Below are positions 20,300 to 30,554 of a DNA stretch of 64,000 bases, one piece after another (the first letter of the stretch is position 1; every line of letters starts with the position of its first letter). The position numbers and the translations under genes are program-made. The notes beneath the pieces were generated by a model. The model saw only the letters and a list, made by a program, of their open reading frames with translations, searched no databases and had not been told where the DNA came from. This stretch comes from a virus (lineage: Duplodnaviria; Caudoviricetes), in the IMG/VR virus record IMGVR_UViG_3300027708_000013; one strand, given 5' to 3'.

Positions 20300-21674
20300 A
20301 AGCGTATTCATGTCAGCAGCCGAAGAGATGCAAGCAAAACTTGGCAACTCACTCTGCTTGGCCAAATGGCAACAAGTGAGCCTACATCTTCCCACCGGTC
20401 TCAATAATTCGTGTTACCATCCACCATTGCATGCCATAGATGCTGATGCTGTAAAACTCAATCCCAGTGCATTACACAACACCGAACACAAGAAACAGCA
20501 ACGCATCATCATGTTGAAAAATGAACAACCTGCAGAGTGTAGTTACTGTTGGAACATAGAACGACATGATCAATTAAGCGACAGACATTATAGGTCAGGA
20601 GAACCGTGGGCCGCAGAACACTACGAAGCAATCAAAAACTCTCGAGGAGATGAAGATGTTGTACCCAGTTATGTGGAAGTTAATTTTAATCATGCTTGTA
20701 ACCTTGCTTGCAGTTATTGTAGTCCGCAGTTTAGTTCAACATGGCAAGCGGAAGTGGATCGATGGGGAGGGTACCCAACTACAACAATTCATAACGACCC
20801 TAGTCATTTTACTGGTCGTAATAGGCCAATCCCGGCCAGTCATGAAAATCCTTACGTAGAGGCATTTTGGTCATGGTGGCCAGAACTGTACCCCAAACTG
20901 CGACACTTTAGAATGACCGGTGGTGAACCATTGATGGACCGCAACACTTATCGGGTATTTGATTATGTGTTGGCCATGCCAAAACCAGATCTACATTTAA
21001 ATGTCACCAGCAACTTCAGCGTGGACCAGGCGTTGTTTGAACGATATTTGGACTATGTAAAACAGTTATGTGCAATACAGATAGAACATTTCATGCAGTA
21101 TGTCAGCTTGGATTCTGGCAACATCAAACATGCAGAATATATCAGGCATGGTCTCAACATGAATAGATTACATGAATATGTCAACAGATATTTGACAGAA
21201 GTGCCCCACCGTAACAGTCTGACATTCATTATCACCATGAATAATTTAAGTGTGCTGGGCCTACAACGTCAATTGCAATGGATACTGGATTTAAGAAAAC
21301 GTCACAGCACCACATATCAACGTGTTTGGTTTGATACTCCCTTGCTACGCACACCCACCTGGCAAAGCCTACAGATACTGCCACCTGTATACACAGGTGT
21401 GTTGGAACGTGTGTCCGACTGGATGGAACTGAACTTGGAAACAGAGGAAGATCCATTCCAAGGTTTTAAAGACTACGAAGTACAACGCCTACGCAGAGAC
21501 ATAGCATGGATGCAGGAAGGTTGCAAGTTAGACCCCGACTATGTTAAACTACAACGTGCAGACTTTTATCGGTTCTTCAATGAACACGACAAAAGGCGTC
21601 AAACAGATTTTTTAACTACTTTTCCCGAAATGCGTGAATTTTGGAAAGAATGTGAATACCATGCCAAGAATTGA
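20289..21674 (+). CDS. Radical SAM enzyme with N-terminal twitch/SPASM-like domain
   Basis: CNLACSYC, MTGGEP; N-terminal CLAKW..SCYH..CSYCW. Confidence 0.85.
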   Translation: MLDKSVFMSAAEEMQAKLGNSLCLAKWQQVSLHLPTGLNNSCYHPPLHAIDADAVKLNPSALHNTEHKKQQRIIMLKNEQPAECSYCWNIERHDQLSDRHYRSGEPWAAEHYEAIKNSRGDEDVVPSYVEVNFNHACNLACSYCSPQFSSTWQAEVDRWGGYPTTTIHNDPSHFTGRNRPIPASHENPYVEAFWSWWPELYPKLRHFRMTGGEPLMDRNTYRVFDYVLAMPKPDLHLNVTSNFSVDQALFERYLDYVKQLCAIQIEHFMQYVSLDSGNIKHAEYIRHGLNMNRLHEYVNRYLTEVPHRNSLTFIITMNNLSVLGLQRQLQWILDLRKRHSTTYQRVWFDTPLLRTPTWQSLQILPPVYTGVLERVSDWMELNLETEEDPFQGFKDYEVQRLRRDIAWMQEGCKLDPDYVKLQRADFYRFFNEHDKRRQTDFLTTFPEMREFWKECEYHAKN

Positions 21675-23022
21675 CAATGAGACCGACTTAGAATACAAAA
21701 AAAGAGTAATTGACATCAAGAGCGAAAGCTTTTGTGCGGCCAAATGGTACAACGCCACCATATGGTTGGGATCAGGTCAAACCACCAGTTGTCATCATCC
21801 ATTACCACATGCCATAGATATCGACGAGATTCGAACCAATCCCAAGGCCATACACAACACACAACGGAAAAAAATGGAACGCGAACAGATGCAACGCGGA
21901 GAACGTCCCGCAGGTTGTGAGTACTGTTGGAAGATTGAAGACATCGGGCGAGACAACATAAGTGATAGAGTTTACAAAACAGTTATATATTCAGATGAGG
22001 ATTTGAGAAATGCATTCGCTAGGCCAGCCAGCACAGATGTGGATTTACAAACGCTTGAAATTGCTTTTGATCGCACATGCAATTTTGGGTGTAGTTACTG
22101 TAACCCTGCTTTCAGCAGCACTTGGGTTAAAGATATTGACACCATGGGTGCTTATACCGGCCTCACTTCAGACGGTAGGAATCATTACACTCATAATCAT
22201 GCAAGTAGTCAGCTTTATCGCTTTGGTGAAAGTAATCCTTACGTTGAAGCGTTCTTTGCATGGTGGGAGTCAGATCTCCATCGCACACTTCAGGAGCTTC
22301 GATTAACTGGTGGAGAGCCACTGATGTCGGGCGACACCTGGAGATTATTGGAATGGTTCAAGAACAACAACAGTCGAGTCAACCCTGACATGCGGTTTGC
22401 CATCAACAGCAATCTTGGCGCCAAACCAGAATTGATTGATCGACTTGTTGCGGCCGCCCACAGCATCAAGCATTTTCACCTGTACACCAGTAACGAAGCA
22501 ACAGGTGTACAAAGCGAATACATTCGTGATGGGCTGGTATGGGATACATGGACTGCCAATGTGGAACAGGTGTTGCGTGATGCTGACCTAGAAGGATTTC
22601 ACATTATGTGTACCATCAACGCATTATGCTTGGATAGTTTAACTGATTTTTTGGATCAATGCCTGGAGTGGAAAGACCTATGTGGCCGAGACTTCCCTAC
22701 ATTCTCACTAAATATATTACGCTTTCCAAGTTTTCAAAGTCCTTTAGTGTTGCCAGATGACATACGCAACGGCTATAAACTTAAATTACAAGCATGGTTC
22801 AACACAAATAAAAACAATCAGTTATTACATCAATTTGAAACCAATCAAGTACAACGCTTGATAGACTATTTAGATGTAGTCAAAACTCCGCATGTGGGTG
22901 CAGCAGAACAAAGCGTATTACAACAGGACTTTAAGAAATTTTATACACAATACGACCAACGCAGAGGCAAAAACTTTACAACAACATTTCCCAACCTAGC
23001 AGAATGGTATGACTCGTTCTAA
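21661..23022 (+). CDS. Radical SAM enzyme with N-terminal twitch/SPASM-like domain
   Basis: CNFGCSYC, LTGGEP; N-terminal CAAKW..SCHH..CEYCW. Start moved to ATG 21661. Confidence 0.85.
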   Translation: MPRIDNETDLEYKKRVIDIKSESFCAAKWYNATIWLGSGQTTSCHHPLPHAIDIDEIRTNPKAIHNTQRKKMEREQMQRGERPAGCEYCWKIEDIGRDNISDRVYKTVIYSDEDLRNAFARPASTDVDLQTLEIAFDRTCNFGCSYCNPAFSSTWVKDIDTMGAYTGLTSDGRNHYTHNHASSQLYRFGESNPYVEAFFAWWESDLHRTLQELRLTGGEPLMSGDTWRLLEWFKNNNSRVNPDMRFAINSNLGAKPELIDRLVAAAHSIKHFHLYTSNEATGVQSEYIRDGLVWDTWTANVEQVLRDADLEGFHIMCTINALCLDSLTDFLDQCLEWKDLCGRDFPTFSLNILRFPSFQSPLVLPDDIRNGYKLKLQAWFNTNKNNQLLHQFETNQVQRLIDYLDVVKTPHVGAAEQSVLQQDFKKFYTQYDQRRGKNFTTTFPNLAEWYDSF

Positions 23023-23749
23023 ATATAAAACACTACTAGTTTCGGGGTGCAGTTTTACACATAATGACTGTGAAGAGCATTTTGCTTGGGCAAATGATTT
23101 AGCAGTGTGGACTGGAATGAATATTATTAACCTAGCCATACCGGGTGCTGGCAACACTCACATTGCCAATAGCATCATGCTATATATTGAACAACACAAT
23201 TTAGATCCTGCTGACACATTAGTTATGGCCATGTGGTCGGGAGTGGCACGTATAGATTGGATAACAGACAAGTCGTTATCAAATTTTAAAAATGCATACC
23301 CATTTACTTACAATTATGATGGTTACAATGAGTTGGTTCTTGGCGGTAGTTGGTGGCACCCCAAACGCAGAACGCATATTGAGCAAACACTAGTTGAATA
23401 CAGCAAATATCAAAGCTCGCACAGTTTTGCATTACACAGTTGGTTATCAATGTCAAATTTGTCTAACTACCTAACAGTAAAAGGATTTGAATTCTATTAC
23501 TCATCGATAACAGATATCAAGAATACCAAAGAGTTATGGGTCGATTACAATAAAGAATTAACAGACTTGAATTTATCGATTGATAAAACAAAATGGATAG
23601 TACCATGCTTAGGTGACTACTGTAGAGATCTAGATTTATTGCAAGATGATAAGTTCCATCCCAGTATGCAAGGACACGAAACTTGGACTAAAGCAATAGC
23701 AATGCCATTTTTGGCTGAAAGAAATATATTGACATGGCAGACAACATAG
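23009..23749 (+). CDS. SGNH/GDSL-like protein
   Basis: LVSGCSFT, IPGAGN, DKFHPS. Confidence 0.6.
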   Translation: MTRSKYKTLLVSGCSFTHNDCEEHFAWANDLAVWTGMNIINLAIPGAGNTHIANSIMLYIEQHNLDPADTLVMAMWSGVARIDWITDKSLSNFKNAYPFTYNYDGYNELVLGGSWWHPKRRTHIEQTLVEYSKYQSSHSFALHSWLSMSNLSNYLTVKGFEFYYSSITDIKNTKELWVDYNKELTDLNLSIDKTKWIVPCLGDYCRDLDLLQDDKFHPSMQGHETWTKAIAMPFLAERNILTWQTT

Positions 23750-25050
23750 AAGATTATTACAAAAATTACAACTACGGTGCCCGCAAGCCCATTTATATCA
23801 AAGAATCAGAATTAACACCAGATCAACTTGATAGACTAGTAAAAAGCGATGAGTTCTGCATGATCCCTTGGATACACATGCATGCCTTCCCGGATGGTCG
23901 TGCTTATCCCTGTTGTTTAAGTGAGCCCGATCATCCTGTTGGCAATCTCAAAACACACACCATGCGTGAAATATGGAATGATGCACCGCTGAAACAAATG
24001 CGAGTCAACATGCTGAACAACGTTCCATCAAAAGAATGTACTAAATGTTACGAACAAGAGAAAAGTCGCTTGTTTAGTATGAGAGAAAGTGCTAACAAAA
24101 ACTTTGGACATCATATTGGCCTAGTGGACAACACACGGCCCGATGGTCAGTACGATGATTTTAAATTACGCTACTACGACATTCGCTTCAGTAACCTTTG
24201 CAATTTTGCCTGCAGAACTTGTGGTGGTATCTTCTCTAGCAATTGGCACAAAGACGAAAAGGCCGCAGGATGGGATCCGAAGCATCCACAGATAATGTAT
24301 GCCGGACGAGACAAAGGTGACATGTGGCAACAGATGCAAGAGCACATTCCTCACTTGGAACAAATCTACTGGGCCGGCGGCGAACCCCTGATCATGGAAG
24401 AACATTGGAAAGTGTTAGACGAGCTGGTTCGACGTGAAATGTTTCATGTACGACTAATTTATAACACAAACTTCAGTGAACTCAAATTCAAAGGTCGTGA
24501 TGTACTTGAGATGTGGAAACTGTTTGACTGTGTCAGCATAGGTGCCAGCCTTGATGGTAGTTATCAGCGTGGAGAGTACATACGCAAAGGGCAAAACTGG
24601 AAAGAAACTGTAGAGAACCGTGAGCGTATGTTGAAGATTTGTCCCAACGTGGATTTCTATGTATCGAGTACAGTCAGCATGATGAACGTGTTGCACATCA
24701 CAGACTTTCATAGAGAATGGGTGGATCTGGGACTGTTACGCCCAATGGATTGGAACATAAACATACTACAACATCCACATCGCTATCGTGTAGATGTACT
24801 GCCTGAACCGTTAAAATTGCAAGCACAAGATAAAATTCAAACACATTTAGAATGGTTACGTCCCTTGGATACATTATCCCGTGCCACTTCGGGGTACGAA
24901 GGTGTAGTCAACTTTATGATGGCACAAGACAGCACACATGAATTACCTAGTTTCTTTAAAACTAATAATCTAATAGATCAAGTACGCAGTGAAGATTTCT
25001 TTGCAGTGTTTCCAGAATTAAAGGCGATACAACAATATGACCCTTCCTGA
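23734..25050 (+). CDS. Radical SAM enzyme with N-terminal twitch/SPASM-like domain
   Basis: CNFACRTC, AGGEP; N-terminal CMIPW..PCC..CTKC. Confidence 0.85.
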   Translation: MADNIEDYYKNYNYGARKPIYIKESELTPDQLDRLVKSDEFCMIPWIHMHAFPDGRAYPCCLSEPDHPVGNLKTHTMREIWNDAPLKQMRVNMLNNVPSKECTKCYEQEKSRLFSMRESANKNFGHHIGLVDNTRPDGQYDDFKLRYYDIRFSNLCNFACRTCGGIFSSNWHKDEKAAGWDPKHPQIMYAGRDKGDMWQQMQEHIPHLEQIYWAGGEPLIMEEHWKVLDELVRREMFHVRLIYNTNFSELKFKGRDVLEMWKLFDCVSIGASLDGSYQRGEYIRKGQNWKETVENRERMLKICPNVDFYVSSTVSMMNVLHITDFHREWVDLGLLRPMDWNINILQHPHRYRVDVLPEPLKLQAQDKIQTHLEWLRPLDTLSRATSGYEGVVNFMMAQDSTHELPSFFKTNNLIDQVRSEDFFAVFPELKAIQQYDPS

Positions 25051-26254
25051 CACAATTTGTATGCTACCATGGATCAGTGTGGAGGCCAGTCCCATGGGCA
25101 CTGTACGGCCTTGCTGTTTGGCTCATGATGAGATCCCAGATGAGCAAGGAGTCAAGTACGATTTAAACAACACCGATCTTGAAACTGCGTATCACAGTGA
25201 GTATATGCAGGAGTTACGTAGGCAATTTCGTGCAGGTGCAAAGCCTGCCACCTGTACACGTTGTTGGGACGAAGAAGCCGCTGGCCGAGCCAGCAAAAGA
25301 ATACACACACAGATAAGACTAAAGGAATTATACCCAAAAGTGGACTGGGCAAACGATGACCCGGATCAACTGTGGTTTGTGGATTTGAAACTGGGAAACA
25401 TTTGCAATCTCAAATGTCGTATATGTGGCTCGTGGAGTAGCAGCAAGTGGGCTGAAGAGGAAATGGCCTACTTGCCCGCAGGCGTAGACAAAAAATCACA
25501 CATAGCCTATACCTGGTTACGACAGGGTGCATGGCCACGCAAGACTGCTACATTCTGGGACAACATGAGGTCATTGTTGCCCAATATACGGTATATAGAA
25601 TTCACCGGCGGTGAACCCTGGCTGATTGAAGAACATTTTGATCTTTTAAAGTATGCAGTGTTGCGTGGACACAGCAAGCATATTGACATTCATTACAACA
25701 CCAATGCCACACAAGAACCCTCACAAGAACATTTTAATTTATGGGACGAGTTCGGCCGTGTGGATATTGCGTTTAGCGTTGACAATGTTGGGGATAGATT
25801 TGAATATGAACGCTACGGTGCAAAATGGGATCAAGCAAATACAATAGTTGACAAAATACATGGTTTTAGAACATTTCGCCACGGTTCTATTACTACACAG
25901 TTATGTTTCACTATTAATATACAGAATGTCTACTACTTAGATGAGCTACTTGCCTGGGCCGACACAAAAAAGTTTGGTAGTGTGTACTTTAACATGTTGC
26001 ACAGTCCTGACCATATGAGCATACAGAACATGACACCAGCTGCACAAGAATTAGTGTTGAACAAACTCAAAACCGTATTTTGGACCAGCAGTAAATACCA
26101 ACAAGAAATTGACAGTGTAATTCGATTTATAGAACTTGGCTCGGGCAGTGATGGTCAAGAGTTTTTAAGACAGATGCAACAGACCGATGCTTATCGCAAG
26201 CAGTGTTTCGCGGATACACACCTAGAAATAGCCAAGGCAATGGGATATAAATAA
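25037..26254 (+). CDS. Radical SAM enzyme with N-terminal twitch/SPASM-like domain
   Basis: CNLKCRIC, TGGEP; N-terminal CMLPW..PCC..CTRCW. Confidence 0.85.
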   Translation: MTLPDTICMLPWISVEASPMGTVRPCCLAHDEIPDEQGVKYDLNNTDLETAYHSEYMQELRRQFRAGAKPATCTRCWDEEAAGRASKRIHTQIRLKELYPKVDWANDDPDQLWFVDLKLGNICNLKCRICGSWSSSKWAEEEMAYLPAGVDKKSHIAYTWLRQGAWPRKTATFWDNMRSLLPNIRYIEFTGGEPWLIEEHFDLLKYAVLRGHSKHIDIHYNTNATQEPSQEHFNLWDEFGRVDIAFSVDNVGDRFEYERYGAKWDQANTIVDKIHGFRTFRHGSITTQLCFTINIQNVYYLDELLAWADTKKFGSVYFNMLHSPDHMSIQNMTPAAQELVLNKLKTVFWTSSKYQQEIDSVIRFIELGSGSDGQEFLRQMQQTDAYRKQCFADTHLEIAKAMGYK

Positions 26255-27318
26255 TGCATCTTCAGCTTTGGGACATGTCATATTATTCCGGGGATTTAGC
26301 CTATTATAATTACCCGTGCGACAAAGAATTTGGTGATTTGTTATTTTTTTTAAAAAGAATAAAGACAAGGAAAAAAATTCACCTGACAGACATAATCCAT
26401 TGGAAAATGAAATATCCCTCAAAGGGATATGATGTATATATAATCTGTGCTTTTGGGGAATTTGTCAATGAAGAGTTTTTAAATCTAATAGATCAAGACA
26501 AGTACTTCAATAACAAGATGGTAATTTTATTAACTTCGCAGTATTGGGAGCCGAATAAATTCAACACAATAAAAGTATTTTATTTAGAACATTTACAAAC
26601 AATAATTAGATTTTTTAAACCAACAGAATCAAAAAATATTAAACAAAGAATCTACACACACGGAATATTATCTAGACGTACAACATTTCATAAAAGTTAT
26701 ATCTTGATAAATCTATTAGAACGTTTTTCAAAGGATCTACAGTATACATTTTGTAACGAGCCCGAGCACGAATATAGTTTAGAAAAATTGAGTCAAACTC
26801 TAGATATGTACTATCCTGGATTAACGCCAACCGATGCTCAATTAAATTTATTGACATATTTACACAACAATCCAACTGTAGTTGAGGGGCATCAGTGGTC
26901 GGTTGACAACAGGATTTATACAGAATCTCAACTGATTTGGACCACAGAGTCTATATTTTTATCTAGGCATAATGCCCCTACTGCATACCTAACTGAAAAA
27001 ACAATTAAATCACTGGTCAGTAGAACTCCGTTTATTATAGTAGGACAAAAACACAGTTACGCTAGAATAAAATCGTTGGGGTTCCTGGACTATACAGATG
27101 AATTCAACATACAGTTTGATGATTTATCCGATCTTGATCGTTTCGCAGGTGTAATTAATTTAATGGATACGTTTGATTTCGCTAGTTTTTTAACATCATC
27201 AACAGCACAAGAAATGGCAGATTATAATTATCATTATTTTTTCGATGGATTTGTTGATCATGCTAATCGACAAAATGAAGAAAAAATAGAACACATACTG
27301 GAATTTGTCAATGCATAA
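26254..27318 (+). CDS. GT10-motif-like protein
   Basis: TTES..YLTEKTIKS..TPFIIVG..LGF; AT-rich gene. Confidence 0.45.
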   Translation: MHLQLWDMSYYSGDLAYYNYPCDKEFGDLLFFLKRIKTRKKIHLTDIIHWKMKYPSKGYDVYIICAFGEFVNEEFLNLIDQDKYFNNKMVILLTSQYWEPNKFNTIKVFYLEHLQTIIRFFKPTESKNIKQRIYTHGILSRRTTFHKSYILINLLERFSKDLQYTFCNEPEHEYSLEKLSQTLDMYYPGLTPTDAQLNLLTYLHNNPTVVEGHQWSVDNRIYTESQLIWTTESIFLSRHNAPTAYLTEKTIKSLVSRTPFIIVGQKHSYARIKSLGFLDYTDEFNIQFDDLSDLDRFAGVINLMDTFDFASFLTSSTAQEMADYNYHYFFDGFVDHANRQNEEKIEHILEFVNA

Positions 27319-28600
27319 ACCCACCACTTTATGTATGGCTCCTTGGACACACACTTATCTAAGCCCACAAACAGAAAGAAGAATGTGCTGTGCATCAAGA
27401 GAACCAGCACAAAATTTTGAGCAATACATAGACACAGCTGCTGGCACAGGCGAATATCGACCCATTACTTTAGACCAACACTGGAACAGTGAACACATGC
27501 GTAGTGTGAGACGTAGAATGATGGCAGGCGAAACCCTACCCGAGTGTACTGTGTGCAATGATCAACTGCTCAACACAGATGTTTACCGCAGTTATTTCAA
27601 CAACATGTTTGGCAATAAGTATGAGTATGCAATGGCAAACACAGATGCTGGGGGATACACCACTGTAAAACCAGTATCGTGGGATTATAGATTTAGCAAT
27701 CTTTGTAACTTCAAATGCCGTATGTGCGGTGACATGTTGAGCAGTAGTTGGGAAACAGAACAACGCCAACACAACATGATTGACTACACAAATCCAAAAA
27801 ACAATTGGATGCGGCCCGAAGTTAAACAACAGATCTCTCAGTTTCAAGACACACAAATTGAAGCAGAATTCAGTGAGGCAGTGGAACAGCATAGAATAGA
27901 AGAAGTATATTGGGTAGGTGGCGAACCCCTGATGTATGAACAGCATTGGCGGTACATGAAAAGAATAATAGAATTGGGAGACGGAAAAAATGTTTACGCT
28001 AGATACAATACAAATCTCAGTAGGGTTGATCATCGTGGTGTTAATCTCTATCGGGACATACTGGCTGGGCTACGTGACTGGCAAATCTGTGCAAGCATCG
28101 ATGGCACGGGACGAATTGGAGAGTATATTAGATCAGGTCTTGATTTTACTCAATGGCTTGCAAACATCCGCCAAGGAATTGAGATCCAACGTCATAGCCG
28201 CCAAATCCGTTTGGACTTCACTCTTACTACACCAGGACTCTTTGAAGTACAAAAGATACAATCGCTCGCAAAAGAACTCGGAGTAGATGTATTAGCCAAA
28301 GTGGTTTTTAGTTTCACACCAGACATTGTCATGAGCCCGTTGGCCTTACCTCGAGAGTTATTACATCCTTGGGTGGACGAAATCATTGCCGAGTTAAAGC
28401 CCGGTGCCCTACAGGATATACTTGTCCAGCTGAAAACTAGACCCACCTTCGAGGAACAGTGGCCAGATACCTATTCAGCAGGACTCAAAAAGGGCAAACG
28501 CCGCATAGAAACACTTGAATCTATCCGACGAGACGTGTATACTATGAAGGATATACTGGCAGAACGACCTGCGGTATTGACATGGTGGAATTCAATATGA
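27311..28600 (+). CDS. Radical SAM enzyme with N-terminal twitch/SPASM-like domain
   Basis: CNFKCRMC, VGGEP; N-terminal CMAPW..MCC..CTVC. ATG at 27311. Confidence 0.85.
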   Translation: MHKPTTLCMAPWTHTYLSPQTERRMCCASREPAQNFEQYIDTAAGTGEYRPITLDQHWNSEHMRSVRRRMMAGETLPECTVCNDQLLNTDVYRSYFNNMFGNKYEYAMANTDAGGYTTVKPVSWDYRFSNLCNFKCRMCGDMLSSSWETEQRQHNMIDYTNPKNNWMRPEVKQQISQFQDTQIEAEFSEAVEQHRIEEVYWVGGEPLMYEQHWRYMKRIIELGDGKNVYARYNTNLSRVDHRGVNLYRDILAGLRDWQICASIDGTGRIGEYIRSGLDFTQWLANIRQGIEIQRHSRQIRLDFTLTTPGLFEVQKIQSLAKELGVDVLAKVVFSFTPDIVMSPLALPRELLHPWVDEIIAELKPGALQDILVQLKTRPTFEEQWPDTYSAGLKKGKRRIETLESIRRDVYTMKDILAERPAVLTWWNSI

Positions 28601-29682
28601 CAATGAATAAAGTTCGAATAGTACTACGCAATCCCCTGAATCATCAAGAACAGATGGACTACACTATTGTTGCCAACGACTCTGAACTGGCACAGGATTG
28701 GATTTCAGCTTTAAAATTATTACTACAGAGTGGAAAACTGCTGGAGAAGAACTTTTGCTTCATGGGCTTCCCCCGAACCGCCAGAAACTTGGATTATTTG
28801 TGTGGGGAATTAAATCAACATGTAACGACAATTAATGATTTTTTCTTTGATTATCAAATTGCGGAAACATTCTCTCCCGACTCAGTGCGTGGACGTGACT
28901 ATGCTGAAAATGGTATCAACCATGCAGTAATGAATCGTCTACACAATCACTTTGAACAATTGCAAGGCACAGTGGATGACCTAAGCACCTATTACCGAAA
29001 CGCAAATTATGACGTCAAGTATGCCATACGTCAGTTAAATAATCTTTGTCACGAAATGGAAGGTTTGATACTGAGTCAGCGTAAGTTAACAACTGACCCT
29101 TACTGGGTACGTCCCAGTCAGATCACTACATTCTTAAATGCTGACAGGTACGATTTAAAAGATGCACATAGATCGGGGTTTGTTGCCAACGGATATGATC
29201 GAGTACAGGGTGGTGTTTACATGCACTGGACACAGATAGGCAAGACCCTGTTTGAAGTGTTCCGTGATGAATCGGCTCCACGATTGACAGCCGCAACATG
29301 CGAAGCAGTTACAGAATTGAAATATTACTCGGGCGAGTTTGACGTAGAGTGGGGAAATGATGTTGTGCGTAACAGTGGGCACCCGTGGCATGACAAAGAG
29401 CAAAGTCATTTTGAGGCTTGGTTAATTGAAAATGGAAGAGATTCCAGAGATGCTAAACTTAGTCTAGGATACCTGCCCTTGGGACAGGTTGACTTACTGG
29501 GTAGTTTTGGTACTATGGATTATCGAACAATTTGGAATATATTGTCCTCACACTTGGACATTTACAAGATAGAAGTAGACGGTGTAGCACAGACATTTGA
29601 CTATTGCTGGAGTGATGCCACTTACCAACAACAGCAAATCAACATGATGAGGCCTGGGTATGATTATAGTAGCCGGGGGTGA
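28597..29682 (+). CDS. Hypothetical protein in the radical SAM cluster
   Basis: ATGA overlap with the upstream stop at 28598-28600; about 361 aa; no motif recognised. Confidence 0.75.
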   Translation: MTMNKVRIVLRNPLNHQEQMDYTIVANDSELAQDWISALKLLLQSGKLLEKNFCFMGFPRTARNLDYLCGELNQHVTTINDFFFDYQIAETFSPDSVRGRDYAENGINHAVMNRLHNHFEQLQGTVDDLSTYYRNANYDVKYAIRQLNNLCHEMEGLILSQRKLTTDPYWVRPSQITTFLNADRYDLKDAHRSGFVANGYDRVQGGVYMHWTQIGKTLFEVFRDESAPRLTAATCEAVTELKYYSGEFDVEWGNDVVRNSGHPWHDKEQSHFEAWLIENGRDSRDAKLSLGYLPLGQVDLLGSFGTMDYRTIWNILSSHLDIYKIEVDGVAQTFDYCWSDATYQQQQINMMRPGYDYSSRG

Positions 29683-30478
29683 CAGTTTTGTATATGGTGC
29701 AGAATTAAAAGACTGTGCAGGAAAACCCAGTGAATCAACTTGGCCTGCACTGCTATCAAAAAATATCAACGCTGAATATACATGTGTTGCTGAAAGCGGA
29801 AATGCCAACAACGCCATTGCACGCCAATTAATGACTGCTTGCGAAGCACGTAAACATCAAGACTTGTTTGTAATAGTTCAATGGACATTCACACACAGGT
29901 ATGAATTCAGATTCAACTACAACACTCAACGCAGATCCTCGCCTTGGCACAGTATCAATTTATGGGATATAGTGGACGATCCAGCCAGTTTAAAAAAAGA
30001 GTTTGTTACTTTTGATTCCGCAGTATTTGATGCTCATGTAAACAATAAATTAATGCTGGATAATTCTGGGCTGACAGATTTTGCCAAAACATTTTACAAG
30101 CATGTGGGCAACAACGAGTATTATGAAACCTATACCAGTTTAAAAGAAATACTGTTCTTACAACAATATTTAGAAATAAATAAAATACCGTACTTGTTTG
30201 CACCAGCTGACATTTATTTAGAAAATAGTGATGCTTATCTTAGACACAGTGCAGATGTCACAATGCAGTCAATTTATAATCAAATTGATTGGAGTCGTTG
30301 GTACTCGTTTCCTTGCGGAACAGGAGCAGATCAAACAACAACTCCAAGAGGTTTTTACCAGTGGGCAGTAGAGAATAAATACCCTATAGGCACCACACAT
30401 CCATTAGAACCGGCCCATCAAGCAGCCGCCAACTTAATACAGGAGAAATTCAATGAACTGGTTACGAAATCTATATAA
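29660..30478 (+). CDS. SGNH/GDSL-like protein
   Basis: VAGGDSFV, ESGNAN, THPL. Confidence 0.6.
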   Translation: MIIVAGGDSFVYGAELKDCAGKPSESTWPALLSKNINAEYTCVAESGNANNAIARQLMTACEARKHQDLFVIVQWTFTHRYEFRFNYNTQRRSSPWHSINLWDIVDDPASLKKEFVTFDSAVFDAHVNNKLMLDNSGLTDFAKTFYKHVGNNEYYETYTSLKEILFLQQYLEINKIPYLFAPADIYLENSDAYLRHSADVTMQSIYNQIDWSRWYSFPCGTGADQTTTPRGFYQWAVENKYPIGTTHPLEPAHQAAANLIQEKFNELVTKSI

Positions 30479-30554
30479 CAGAATTGTACTAGAACGACGT
30501 TATCGTAAGAAGTTAAAAGAGTTGCGTCGAAGAGATCCGTTTATTTACAAATGA
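30453..30554 (+). CDS. Small basic peptide MNWLRNLYNRIVLERRYRKKLKELRRRDPFIYK (33 aa; absent from the ORF track)
   Basis: AGGAG RBS at 30441-30445, ATG at 30453, TGA overlapping the next ATG (ATGA at 30551-30554); fills the gap between two genes exactly. Confidence 0.8.
   Translation: MNWLRNLYNRIVLERRYRKKLKELRRRDPFIYK

Noticed and set aside
26246-26253. Perfect T4 late consensus TATAAATA
   Set aside because: It is formed by the Tyr-Lys-stop codons of the upstream gene and abuts the next ATG, too close to promote it; probably coincidental.
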